Positions 53,810-64,000 of a DNA stretch of 64,000 nucleotides are shown piece by piece. The notes beneath the pieces were generated by a model. It was not told the DNA's origin. It made no database searches and saw only the letters and a program-made list of their open reading frames with translations. The DNA comes from Sphyrna mokarran (Eukaryota): positions 43,834,001 to 43,898,000 of the forward strand of contig JAGIQG010000002.1 of NCBI GenBank assembly GCA_024679065.1, in the 5' to 3' direction. The translations under genes were made by a program, and so were the position numbers. The number at the start of each line of letters is the position of its first letter. Positions within the stretch are counted from its first letter, which is position 1.

Positions 53810-54420
53810 ACTTGCATTTGTACAGCACCTTTCATAACTTCAGGATATTCCAGTGCTCTTTACAGCCAATGAATTGCTGTTATAAGGTAGGAATTGCAGT
53901 AGCCAAATTGTATGTAGCAAGATCCCACAGACAACATATTGATAATGATCAGATTATTTGTTTTGGGTGGTGTTGATTAAGAGCTATATTTGGCCAGGAT
54001 ACCACTTATACCTCTTCTTCAAAATAGAGCTACTTGATCTTTTATGTTCACCTCAGAATGGAGACAGGGCCTTGGGTTAATAACACCTGATCCAAAAGAC
54101 AACTGCAAAATCTTGCTGCCATTCGTGCTGATGGGATATTACGGTTCGGTTGACACTGCATCCCTGTTGCAGGTTTCCCAGCAGCAAGGAGTGCATTCAA
54201 CAGGAAACTCCATTGATAATGTCGAGACAATAAGATCCTGTTCCTGCCAGTGTCAAACATGTCACAGAGAGGGAAAAGAATTCCACCCAACATCTCCAAC
54301 AGTGCAGCACTGCCCAGTATTGCATTAAGTGTCAGCCTGGATATTGAACCTCAGGTTCTGAGACGGGACTTGGATCAAAATCTTCTGACTCAGAGATGAG
54401 AGTGCTGTCAACTGAGCCCT
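53810..54420 (-). mobile_element. DeuSINE (SacSINE1/AmnSINE-like)
   Basis: Minus head GGCTCAGTTGACAGCACTCTC..TGAGTCAGAAG; Deu-like core GGCTGACACT..GTGCTGCACTGTTGGAGATG; recognised from memory of the family. Confidence 0.6.
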
Positions 54421-55329
54421 AGCAACATGATCCTTAGATCCTAGTTGTAGAGCAGGAAACCTTTATTTGTCATTATGATGCACTGTGATACTGATCTGAA
54501 TCAGCAGTTGAAGATTGAGAGTTCATAGCCTCGGAATCACTGTTCCCAGTAGGCCTCAGGCCTGACTGGGAGATGGCCACACATGCGCACACTGTGAAAG
54601 GGTCACACACATGCAGTTAGGTTTTTTTAACATCCTTTAGGTTGGAAACTGGTATGATGTATATGTGCAGAAGGAAAAGAAGAAAGTGAAGCAGTGTAAA
54701 CTCCAAATTAAAGACCAAGCTGTAGGGAACAGATCAAAGCAAAATGGGCTTTAAATAAATTTTGGTGATCCAAGAGGGCAACTGAAGACTTGTCACTCAC
54801 TGCTGCATGGCAAAGGTGCCGTTTTCGAGCAATGGTATTCTGCTTGGCATAGCCGAAGATCTAAATTTGAAAGGTGAAGCTTGAGTATAAACAAAGATTC
54901 AGGGGAAAGGAATTGCCAAAGGCAAGATTGAAATCACAGAGAACTGGATTCTTGTTGAAACTGTCCAAGTGGGCACGACCTTTGAGGTAATAGCAAGGTG
55001 GGTTTTTTGAATGTGGAGATTGGATACTGTTTCAAAGTTGGCAGTCTATGGGTGGAATTTTCTACACAACCCACTGACTGTTTTGCAGTAGTGGAAGTGG
55101 GCTGACTTTGGCTGTTGACGTGATCTTCTAGTGCAACTGTTGTTAATGAGCTTTCCCGTTGAATACATCTCTTGCTACTGGGAATCCTGTGGCAGGGTGC
55201 ACTATCAGTGGGAATGGAAAATCCCACTGGTATGAATGGTCGGATTGTTCTGGCCATTGAGTCTTTTTTTTATTTCACCATGTCTAACTTGATCCATGAT
55301 GCCTGAAGGAAGACAATAAGTTGTTTTTT

Positions 55330-55940
55330 GATTCCTCTGACCAAAATAGATAACCTCATACTTATTCATGCTAAATCTGCTAAATTTTGCTCTACTGACC
55401 TAACCTATCCATATCCATTTGTAAATTTCTTAATTCTTTATTGCAACTTGCTTTCCCACCTACTTTAGTGTCACCTGCAAATTTTGTTATAGTACATGCT
55501 ATCCCTGCATCCAAGTCATGAATATAGATTATAAATTGTTGAGGTCTGAATCAGGACTCTGAATGGTACACACTAGTTACAACTTGCCAACCAGAAAAAG
55601 ACTCATTTATCTCCACTCTATGTTTCCGTTTGGTTAGCTAATCTTCTATCCAAGCCAATATATTATCTCTACCCTGTGGGAACTTACTTTGTGTGGCACC
55701 TTATTAAATGCCCTTTGGAAGTCCACATACTCACGTCTACAGGATCCTATTATCCGCTTTGCTTGTTACATTTTCACAGAACTCTAGCAAGATAGCCAAA
55801 CGTGATTTACCTTTCATAAACCCGATGGATTGCTTTTTGATCTTCCAAATGACCCATTATTATTTCTTTAATAATGGATTCCAACAATTTCCCAATGGTA
55901 GATATTAAACTAACTTTTCTATAGTTTCTTATTTTCTACC
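55330..55940 (-). mobile_element. Decayed CR1 RT fragment
   Basis: Reverse complement encodes FQRAFNKVPH-like and FAGDTKVGG-like motifs. Confidence 0.65.
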
Positions 55941-56251
55941 TTTCTACCTTAAAGTTCCAACTATCCAGGCAGCAATGTTATTGTTTGAGGACTCAACTGT
56001 TCTGGTCTAAGAGGGCTTCAGTTGTCTAGTGGATCTGAACAATTCAACCATCTATAATTATGAGCCATGTATACAGGTGCTAGTACTTATTCCCAAGAAA
56101 TCAACCGTTCTTTGCAAGATCAAGATTGAGGATTGCAACAAAAGAAGTATATCATGACAACTGCCAGATGGTGGCAACAGACTTGCGTGATGCATTGCTG
56201 GTAGTCACAAACAAGTTGTTACATTAATGGGGTGAAAATTCTATTAAAGAT

Positions 56252-56580
56252 GGCATGGTGGCACAGTGGTTAGCACTGCTGCCTCACAATGCCAAGGTTC
56301 TGTGTTCAATTCTGGCTCAAATTACTGTGTGGAGTTTGCACGTTCTCCCTGTGTCTGCGTGAGTTTCCACAGGATGCTCCGATTTCCTCCCACACTTCAA
56401 AGATGTGCAGGTCAGGTGGATTGGCCATGCTAAATTGCCCTTTAATGTCAGGAGATTAACAGAGCAATTAAGGGGGATTAACATGGGATAATGGGGGTAG
56501 GACCTGGGTGGAATTGTTGGCCCTGTAGACTTCATGGGCTGAATGGTCTTCTTCTGCATTGTAGGGATTATACAGATTAT
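56252..56580 (+). mobile_element. HE1 SINE
   Basis: GGCATGGTGGCACAGTGGTTAGCACTGCTGCCTCACA head and HE1 core. Confidence 0.9.
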
Positions 56581-57647
56581 TTATAGATTACATTATACTA
56601 TTGGAAGAGTCCTACAAATTTCAGAGCCCTATGTTACTGTTTCTGGTTGCCCATCGGGAAAAAAAAATGAAAGTGGCATAGCTGCTTGTGTAAAATAAGC
56701 AAGAGCTTCAGATTGCCTATTGTTACCGAAATCTCCAGTTGCTGTGTGAAAGCTATTGGCGGCAAATCAATTTGGGGCTGCAGTGACATTAAACGCAATC
56801 TGGTGCAAGTTGTAATACAGTTCTTATTGCATGAAACAGCACAACTTTGTGACAGCCTTCCAAGAAAACAGTAACTTCTTATTCACTGCCCTTTACCTAA
56901 GGTCTTATTCACTGCATTCTTCAAAGGCTAAAGATTCCTACAAGTACATCTAATGTCCCCAGACCTATAGCTCGATTCTTTCTTCATCTGAAAAGATTGC
57001 AATTTCCAGAAGGAGCCAAAAAGTACCAATGAGCTGTAAACATTAACCCCCTAAATTCTCTACAACATTTAAAATGAAAACAGGTGAATATTTCTTCAAA
57101 TATGCTTCCTGTGATCGGATGCCAGGAATTGCATGCAATTCTCCTCACCATGCAACCAACCTGGTAAACTAGTGAAAGAAGACCAAGAATTTCAGAGTCA
57201 TGTCAAAATGTCTTTAAAAGTTTGCCGCTCAGTTCTTGGTCTTGTATTTTTTTAGCTGTTTTCCCTGTTATTACTGGAAACAACTAAATTCCACAAAGGC
57301 TGAACAATATTGGTTCTTCAAACTTTACATAAATATTATTAAAATATTCAGGATCACAAATACTGATTTCTTCCTCAGTTTAAGCAGGAAGTTTTATTTC
57401 AGCAGTAATAGCAGTATTACAATCAATAGTTAAGGTGAAGCAATAAAAACTTGAAATTCAAATTCAGACCTGTTTGACTAAATATACTGTAATGGTGTAC
57501 TTTTTTATTTGAAATTGAATTTTTCAAATGACTTGATACTTCCCTAGCACTTCAATTCAATCCAGAAAGCAATAATGCTTAAAAGCTTGTTCTTCACATA
57601 AAGAAAATTGCAATTCTTATTTTTTAAGATTCATGACTTTAACTCAG

Positions 57648-57719
57648 TTAATCTTCACTCAATTCAGTCCGATCAGTGGCTTCCTCCAGTTCAAACTCGT
57701 GTGAAGTTTCACTAAGTAT
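57648..57719 (-). CDS. Vimentin-like paralog, last exon
   Basis: After TTTATAG reads ILSETSHEFELEEATDRTELSED*. Confidence 0.8.
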   Translation of the reverse strand: MLSETSHEFELEEATDRTELSED

Positions 57720-57837
57720 CTATAAATGGAAAAGCAAAAGAAATCTATGATTTTTAAAAATATTTCATTTAAAACTATGTTTAAATTCATTTTAAATTGT
57801 TCCTTTTTGAGAGCATCATTGTCAGACACTAACTAAC

Positions 57838-57926
57838 CTCGCCATCTTTTATCTCAATTGTTTTCATAGACAGTGTTCTTTTGGGAGAACGAATCTCAGG
57901 TTGTTTATCCTCTTCAATGTCTGTTT
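57838..57926 (-). CDS. Vimentin-like paralog, exon 8 equivalent
   Basis: ETDIEEDKQPEIRSPKRTLSMKTIEIKDGE; donor GTTAGT; phases 1 and 0 as in VIM. Confidence 0.85.
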
Positions 57927-58380
57927 CTGGAAGTGAAGGAAAAAAATTATACATGGCCTTAATGTGCAATGTCCATATCTGGATTAACTTGTAATTACTT
58001 AAGAATTCTTCTTTACTGAACTGATTAACCATTTCTATCAAACAAACTCTAAATTGGATTGGGTGGATGAGCTTGCTTAAAAACATATTTAATGAGGAAG
58101 CTATTCTAGACAGTGGAAGAACAAATGGTGCTGCCAAGAAAACGAAGAATAGAAACATAAAATTCCCATAAATAACTGCATTAGTGTATGGAAGATAGCC
58201 ATTTAATTGCCATAATGATTACAAATTACAAGTGTGTATTTAATGGTAAGGCACCAAGGCTACTACCATAGTTGTAAACAATGTATATTTTAATTTATTG
58301 AGCATTAGCTCAAAGAAAACCAACAAATATTTGAATAATATTTTCTTATTCAAATTTTACAAGTGTAATGAACAACCTAC

Positions 58381-58427
58381 CTTTCAAACGTAAATTGACA
58401 GGGATTGGAGAATATTGGATGGAAAAC
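58381..58427 (-). CDS. Vimentin-like paralog, exon 7 equivalent
   Basis: (R)FSIQYSPIPVNLRLK; acceptor TTTTGTAG, donor GTAGGTT; phases 2 and 1. Confidence 0.75.
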
Positions 58428-59319
58428 CTACAAAATAAAGAACTTGGTTAACACAGCAGTTTTGTTTACAACTTTCACTTTAATTCTTTAATTTTTCATG
58501 TCAGGGTAAGTACCTACATTCCATTTTAATTCATTGTGTGAACATTTTTAGATATCTTGATGTTATAAGATACTTAGAGCTGTACATTTCTACACTCAAT
58601 AATTAAGGGAGTGATCCTCTGGCCCTGTGCCTTCATGCACCAATCATGCTAGGGCAGAGAATCGTTGGCGAGGAATTATAGTGTATTTGCACTGATGAGA
58701 GCCATTTTTGGGATTCTCCCCATCCACACACTTGAACACAATCTGGTTTATGCCAATGGCTGTGAACCAAGAAACAATATTTTCCATTGTGTACTAATAC
58801 ATGTGACAGTAAATCAAATCAAATACTGGATCAATATATTTAACTAACATTTAAACATGCAAGGTCAGTTTGGAGCCAGATTCTCCCAGCTCCTACCATC
58901 CTCAAACCCTCAGACACAGAGGGAACCTGGCATGAATCACTACTGGTCTTCACAAATGGAAACCAGTTGTGATGGCTGGCAAGGCAGTTGAGATGGGGGG
59001 AGGAGGGGTGAGGGGCGTAGTTTGGAGGCTATTGAAGCCCCAGGGTGGTTAAGGAAATGGTTAACCAGAATGCTAATCTGATAGTCTCATAGCAGGGTTG
59101 CTCATTTGCTGGGGAATACCAGTGAATCATGAGGATATGGCTGATACAAGGGAACAGAGGTGATGTTAGCCAGTGAGTAGGAGGGTAGTGTGTATAGGGT
59201 TGTATGAAGATAGGGGCACCTTTAAAAATGTCTTGCTGGTATCTTTAGGTCCCCAATCCAAAAAAACATTCGAAGTGTGATGAATTGCAAATTGAATTTG
59301 TATGTCATCACTGTTTACA

Positions 59320-60697
59320 GGTATAGTGCCAGAAGACTGGAGGATAGCAAATATTGTACCCTTGTTCAAGAAGGGGAGTAGAGACCATCCTGGAAATTAT
59401 AGATTAGTTAGCCTTACTTCTGTTGTGGGCAAAGTTTTGGAAAGGATTATAAGAGATAGGATTTATAATCATCTAGAGACAAATAATTTGATTAGGGATA
59501 GTCAACACAGTTTTGTGAAGGGTAGGTCATGCCTCACAAACCTTATTGAGTTCTTTGAGAAGGCGACCAAAGAGGTTGATATGGCTAAAGCAGTTGATGT
59601 GGTATATATGGATTTCAGTAAAGCATATGACAAGGTTCCCCATGGTAAACCACTGCAGAAAATACGGATGCATGGGATTGAAGGTGATTTATCAGTTTGG
59701 ATCAAGAATTGGCTAGCTGAAAGAAGGAAATCTTCAACCTGGAGTCAGTTACTAGTGATGTACTGCAGGGATCTGTTTTGGGGCCACTGCTGTTTGTTAT
59801 TTTTATAAATGACCTAGATGAGGGTGTAGAAGGATGAGTTAGTAAATTTGTGGATGACACTAAAGTCGGAGGAGTTGTAGACTCCTATGGATGTTACAGT
59901 TTGCGGATGGATGTTACAGTTTGCAGAGAGACATAGATAAGTTGCAGAGCTGGGCTGAGAGGTGGCAAATGGAATTTAATATGGAAAAGTATGAGGTGAT
60001 TCACTTTGGGAGGAGTAACAAGATTACAGAATTTTGGGCTAATGGAAGACTCTTGATAGTGTGGATGAGCAGAGAGATCTAGATGTACATAGATCCCTGA
60101 AAGTTGGCACCTCAGTTGATAGTGTTATTAGGAAAGTGTATGGTGTGTTAACTTTTATTGGTAGAGGGATTGAGTTTCGGAGCCGTGAGATCATGTTGCA
60201 GCTGTGCAAAACTCCGGTGTGGCTGCACTTGAAGTACTGTGTATAGTCCTGGTCATCGCATTATAAGAAGGATGTGGAAGCTTTGGAAAGAGTGCAGAGG
60301 AGATTTACCAGGATGTTGCCTGGTATGGTGGGAAGGTCTTATGAGGAAAGGCTAAGGGACTTGAGGTTATTTTCATTAGAGAGAAGAGGGTTAAGAGGTG
60401 ACTTAATTGAGGCATACAAGATGATCAGAGGATTAGATAGAGTGAACAATGAGAGCCTTTTTCCACAGATGGTGATGGTTAACACGAGGGGACATAGCTT
60501 TAAATTGAGGGGTGGTAAATATAGGATGGATATCAGAGGTAACTTCTTTACTCAGAGTAGTAAGGATGTGGAATGCCCTGCCTGCAGCAGTAGTGGACTT
60601 GCCAACTTTAAGAGTATTCACATGGTCATTGGATAGACATATGGATAATACTGGAAATAGTTTAGGTTAGAGGGTCATTAGATTGATTCCACCAGTC
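59320..60697 (+). mobile_element. Older CR1 copy whose terminal ~55 nt is displaced to 63879-63935
   Basis: PEDWRIANIVPLFKKG.. with frameshifts; the 3' UTR breaks at CCACCAGT and resumes CGGCGCAACATCG..GTTCTATG. Confidence 0.85.
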
Positions 60698-60783
60698 ATA
60701 GAACATAGAACATTACAGCACAGAACAGGCCCTTCGGCCTTCAATGTTGCGCCGACCAATATAAAAAGCAATGCCCCTCCAAA

Positions 60784-63690
60784 CTAAACCATTCCCTTCT
60801 CTTCCATATACTTATCAACTAACCTCTTAAACGCCACCAAACTTGGCGCATCTACAACTGCTGCAGGCAGGGCATTCCACTCCCGAACCACCCTTTGGGT
60901 AAAGAACCTACCTCTGATATCCGTCCTATAACTATCACCCCTTAATTTAAAGCTGTGTCCCCTCGTGCTAGCTTTCTCCATCCTAGGAAAAAGGCTATCA
61001 CTGTCCACCCTATCTAAACCTCTAATCATCTTATATGTTTCGATTAGGTCCCCTCTTAGCCGCCTCCTTTCTAACAAAAACAACATCAAATCCCTCAGCC
61101 TCTCTTCATAAGACCTGCCCTCCATACCAGGCAACATCCTGGTAAACCTCCTCTGTACCCTCTCCAATGCCTCCACATCTTTCTTATAATGTGGGGACCA
61201 GAACTGCACACAATACTCCAAGTGCGGCCGCACTAGAGTTTTGTACAGTTGCAACATGACGTTGCGGCTCCGAAATTCAATCCCCCTACCAATAAAAGCT
61301 AAGACTCCATATGCCTTCTTAACAACCTTCTCGACTTGACTGCCTACTTTCAGGGATCTATGCACATACACACCAAGATCCCTCTGTTCATCAAGACTAC
61401 TAAGAATCCTACCATTAGCCCTATACTCTACACATTTATTATTTCTGCCATAGTGCATTACCTCACACTTTTCCACATTAAACTCCATTTGCCACCTCTC
61501 GGCCCAGCTCTGCAACTTGTCCAAGTCCCTCTGCAAACTATAACACCCCTCTTCACTATCTACCACTCCACCGACTTTAGTGTCATCTGCAAATTTACTA
61601 ATCCATCCTTCAATACCCTCATCCAGATCATTTATAAAAATTACAAACAGCAGGGGCCCCAAAACAGACCCCTGAGGTACACCACTTGTCACCGAACTCC
61701 ACGATGAATATCTCCCATCAACCACCACCCTCTGTCTTCTATCTGCTAGCCAATTCCTAATCCAATTAGCTAAATCACCCTCTATCCCATACATCTGCAT
61801 TTTCTGCAGAAGTCTTCCATGGGCCACCTTATCAAACGCCTTACTAAAGTCCATATATACCACATCAACCGCCTTACCCCCATCCACCTCTTTAGTCACT
61901 TTTTCAAAAAACTCAATGAGGTTAGTAAGGCACGACCTACCCTTCACAAATCCATGCTGACTATCTCCAATCAATTCATTACTCTCTAAATAACTATAAA
62001 TCCTATCCCTAATTATTCTCTCCAATACTTTGCCCACAACAGAAGTAAGACTCACTGGCCTATAATTCCCTGGAAGGTCTCTCTTCCCCTTCTTGAACAA
62101 TGGGACCACATTCGCTATCCTCCAGTCCTCCGGAACCACACCCGTAACCAACGAGGACTTGAAGATCAGAGCCATAGGCTCTGCAATCTCCTCTCTTGCC
62201 TCCCAGAGAATCCTAGGGTAAATCCCGTCCGGCCCAGGGGACCTATCCAACTTCAAACCCTCAAGAATATCTAGCACATCCTCCCTATCTACTTCAATAC
62301 TTTCCAGTTTGCAACCCTGTACCTCAGTGTTCTCCATAACTACATTTACATCACCCTGCGTGAATACCGAAGAGAAATATTTATTCAGTACCTCTCCAAT
62401 CTCTTCAGGCTCCACGCACAACTTCCCACTGCTGTCTATGACTGGCCCTAATCTTGCCCTAACCAATCTTCTATTCTTAACATATCTAAAGAAAGCTTTA
62501 GGATTCTCCTTAATCCTATCAGCCAAAGTCTTCTCGTGTCCTCTCTTAGCTGTCCTCAATTCACTCTTTAGCTCCCTCCTGGCTAATCTATAGCTATCCA
62601 TTGCACTAACCGAGCCTTCAAGCCTCATCCTGACATAAGCCTCCTTTTTCCTTTTAACCAGCAAATCAACTTTTTTCGTACACCAAGGTTCTCTTACTCG
62701 ACCATTTCCTCCTTGCCTGACAGGGACATACTTATCAAGGACTCGCAGCAGCTGCTCCTTGAATAAGCTCCACATTCCAGATGTTCCCAGTCCCTGTAGT
62801 TTCCTAGTCCAATCTATGCACCCTAATTCTCTCCTGATGGCCTCATAATTACCCTTCCCCCAGCTATAACTACTGCCCCCAGCTTCATGCCTATCCCTAT
62901 CCATCACTAAGGTGAACGTAACCGAATTGTGGTCACTATCACCAAAATGTTCACTAACTTCCAAGCCTAACACCTGGTCTGGCTCATTGCCCAGCACCAA
63001 ATCCAATGTAGCCTCACCTCTAGTTGGCCTATCTACATACTGAGTCAAAAAACCTTCCTGCACACTTTGTACGAAAACTGACCCCTCTAACGAGCTAGAG
63101 CTATAGCTATTCCAATCAATATTAGTAAAGTTAAAGTCCCCCATAACAATTACCCTATTACTTTCACTCCTGACCAGAATTGACTTTGCAATCCTTTCCT
63201 CTACCTCTCTAGAACTTTTAGGAGGTCTATAAAAGACTCCCAACAGGGTGACCTCTCCTCTCCTGTTTCTAATCTCAGCCCATACTACCTCAACAGACAA
63301 GTCCTCATCAAACTTCTTTTCTGTCACTGTGATACAGTCTTTGACTAATAATGCCACTCCTCCCCCCCTTCTACCTCCTTCTCTACTCCGACTAAAGCAT
63401 TTGAACCCCGGAACCTGCAACATCCATTCTTGTCCCTGCTCTACCCAAGTCTCTGAAATGGCCACAACATCGAAGTTCCAGGTACTGGTCCAAGCTGCAA
63501 GTTCCTCCCCCTTATTGCGAATACTCCTTGCATTAAAGTATACGCATTTCAAACCATGCCCTACCCCACCCGTATGCTGCTGTGTTTTACAGCTTTCCTC
63601 TATGACCCCCTTACTCTCATCCCTCTTAGCACCCCAACTACTTAGGATCCCACCCCCCCCCCGAATCAGTTTAAAGCCCCCTGCATAGCC
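60784..63690 (-). CDS. CR1 ORF2 (APE endonuclease plus RT); frame open from 63690
   Basis: [34 protein letters not shown]; no stops; I read the frame as open upstream of the TTG at 63552 up to TAA at 63693-63691. Confidence 0.93.
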   Translation of the reverse strand, partial: GYAGGFKLIRGGGGILSSWGAKRDESKGVIEESCKTQQHTGGVGHGLKCVYFNARSIRNKGEELAAWTSTWNFDVVAISETWVEQGQEWMLQVPGFKCFSRSREGGRRGGGVALLVKDCITVTEKKFDEDLSVEVVWAEIRNRRGEVTLLGVFYRPPKSSREVEERIAKSILVRSESNRVIVMGDFNFTNIDWNSYSSSSLEGSVFVQSVQEGFLTQYVDRPTRGEATLDLVLGNEPDQVLGLEVSEHFGDSDHNSVTFTLVMDRDRHEAGGSSYSWGKGNYEAIRRELGCIDWTRKLQGLGTSGMWSLFKEQLLRVLDKYVPVRQGGNGRVREPWCTKKVDLLVKRKKEAYVRMRLEGSVSAMDSYRLARRELKSELRTAKRGHEKTLADRIKENPKAFFRYVKNRRLVRARLGPVIDSSGKLCVEPEEIGEVLNKYFSSVFTQGDVNVVMENTEVQGCKLESIEVDREDVLDILEGLKLDRSPGPDGIYPRILWEAREEIAEPMALIFKSSLVTGVVPEDWRIANVVPLFKKGKRDLPGNYRPVSLTSVVGKVLERIIRDRIYSYLESNELIGDSQHGFVKGRSCLTNLIEFFEKVTKEVDGGKAVDVVYMDFSKAFDKVAHGRLLQKMQMYGIEGDLANWIRNWLADRRQRVVVDGRYSSWSSVTSGVPQGSVLGPLLFVIFINDLDEGIEGWISKFADDTKVGGVVDSEEGCYSLQRDLDKLQSWAERWQMEFNVEKCEVMHYGRNNKCVEYRANGRILSSLDEQRDLGVYVHRSLKVGSQVEKVVKKAYGVLAFIGRGIEFRSRNVMLQLYKTLVRPHLEYCVQFWSPHYKKDVEALERVQRRFTRMLPGMEGRSYEERLRDLMLFLLERRRLRGDLIETYKMIRGLDRVDSDSLFPRMEKASTRGHSFKLRGDSYRTDIRGRFFTQRVVREWNALPAAVVDAPSLVAFKRLVDKYMEEKGMV

Positions 63691-63878
63691 TTAGCAAATT
63701 TTCCCCCCAAGATATTAGTTCCCCTCTGGTTCAGGTGTAGACCATCTCTCTTGTAGAGGTCCCACCTATCCCAGAATGAGTCCCAATTGTTCAGGAACCT
63801 GAACCCCTCCCTCCTGCACCATCCCCGCAGCCACGAGTTCAAACATTCCCTCTCTCTATTCTTCTCTAAACTATCCCT
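63666..63878 (-). CDS. CR1 ORF1 C-terminal fragment (SGNH esterase-like)
   Basis: LNSWLRGWCRREGFRFL..LYKRDGLHLNQRG..ALN*. Confidence 0.85.
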   Translation of the reverse strand, partial: RDSLEKNRERECLNSWLRGWCRREGFRFLNNWDSFWDRWDLYKRDGLHLNQRGTNILGGKFAKAMQGALN

Positions 63879-64000
63879 CGGCGCAACATCGAGTGCCGAA
63901 GGGCCTGTACTGTGCTGTAACGTTCTATGTCTATGTCTTATGAATTGCAGCAAATCACCCAGCATGAATCCCACCGGTTTTCTGGCTGGAGATAAAACTT

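Larger units (their letters stand above)
60698..63878 (-). mobile_element. Young 5'-truncated CR1 (HER1-type) LINE
   Basis: ORF1 end, complete ORF2, short 3' UTR ending in (GTTCTAT)n. Confidence 0.95.

Noticed and set aside
63879-63935. Apparent second, inverted 3' tail on the young CR1 (double-ended insertion)
   Set aside because: It continues the 3' UTR of the older CR1 broken at 60697, so simple nesting explains it
63666-63974. 102-aa ORF as a complete protein
   Set aside because: Chimera of flank, antisense CR1 tail and truncated ORF1
1-64000. CRISPR arrays, rRNA or prokaryotic systems
   Set aside because: None seen; this is intron-containing vertebrate DNA

Overview
Vertebrate genomic DNA, most likely a shark/elasmobranch, judged by HE1-type SINEs, CR1/HER1-type LINEs and a DeuSINE-like copy. 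Host genes: (i) the last coding exon and 3' UTR of HACD1 on + (562-644); (ii) a complete 9-exon, 450-aa vimentin gene on - (48993-32061), with all exons reconstructed by hand and splice phases consistent; (iii) the last three exons of a second, divergent vimentin-like type III intermediate filament gene in tandem on - (58427-57648). The rest is mostly transposon-derived: CR1 LINEs (one young copy with an intact ORF2), HE1/V-SINEs, Rex1/Babar fragments, a decayed Gypsy element, MITEs and Penelope-derived palindromes carrying minimal hammerhead ribozyme cores. Best leads: a correctly phased U_UUA_AAC -1 frameshift site at the CR1 ORF1/ORF2 junction; a hammerhead cluster bracketing an orphan NRF1/RFX-type CpG promoter; the tandem vimentin paralog; and a CR1 insertion with a twin-priming-type inversion and a 6-bp TSD. 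Repeat boundaries are approximate and were read by eye; no database searches or folding were run.
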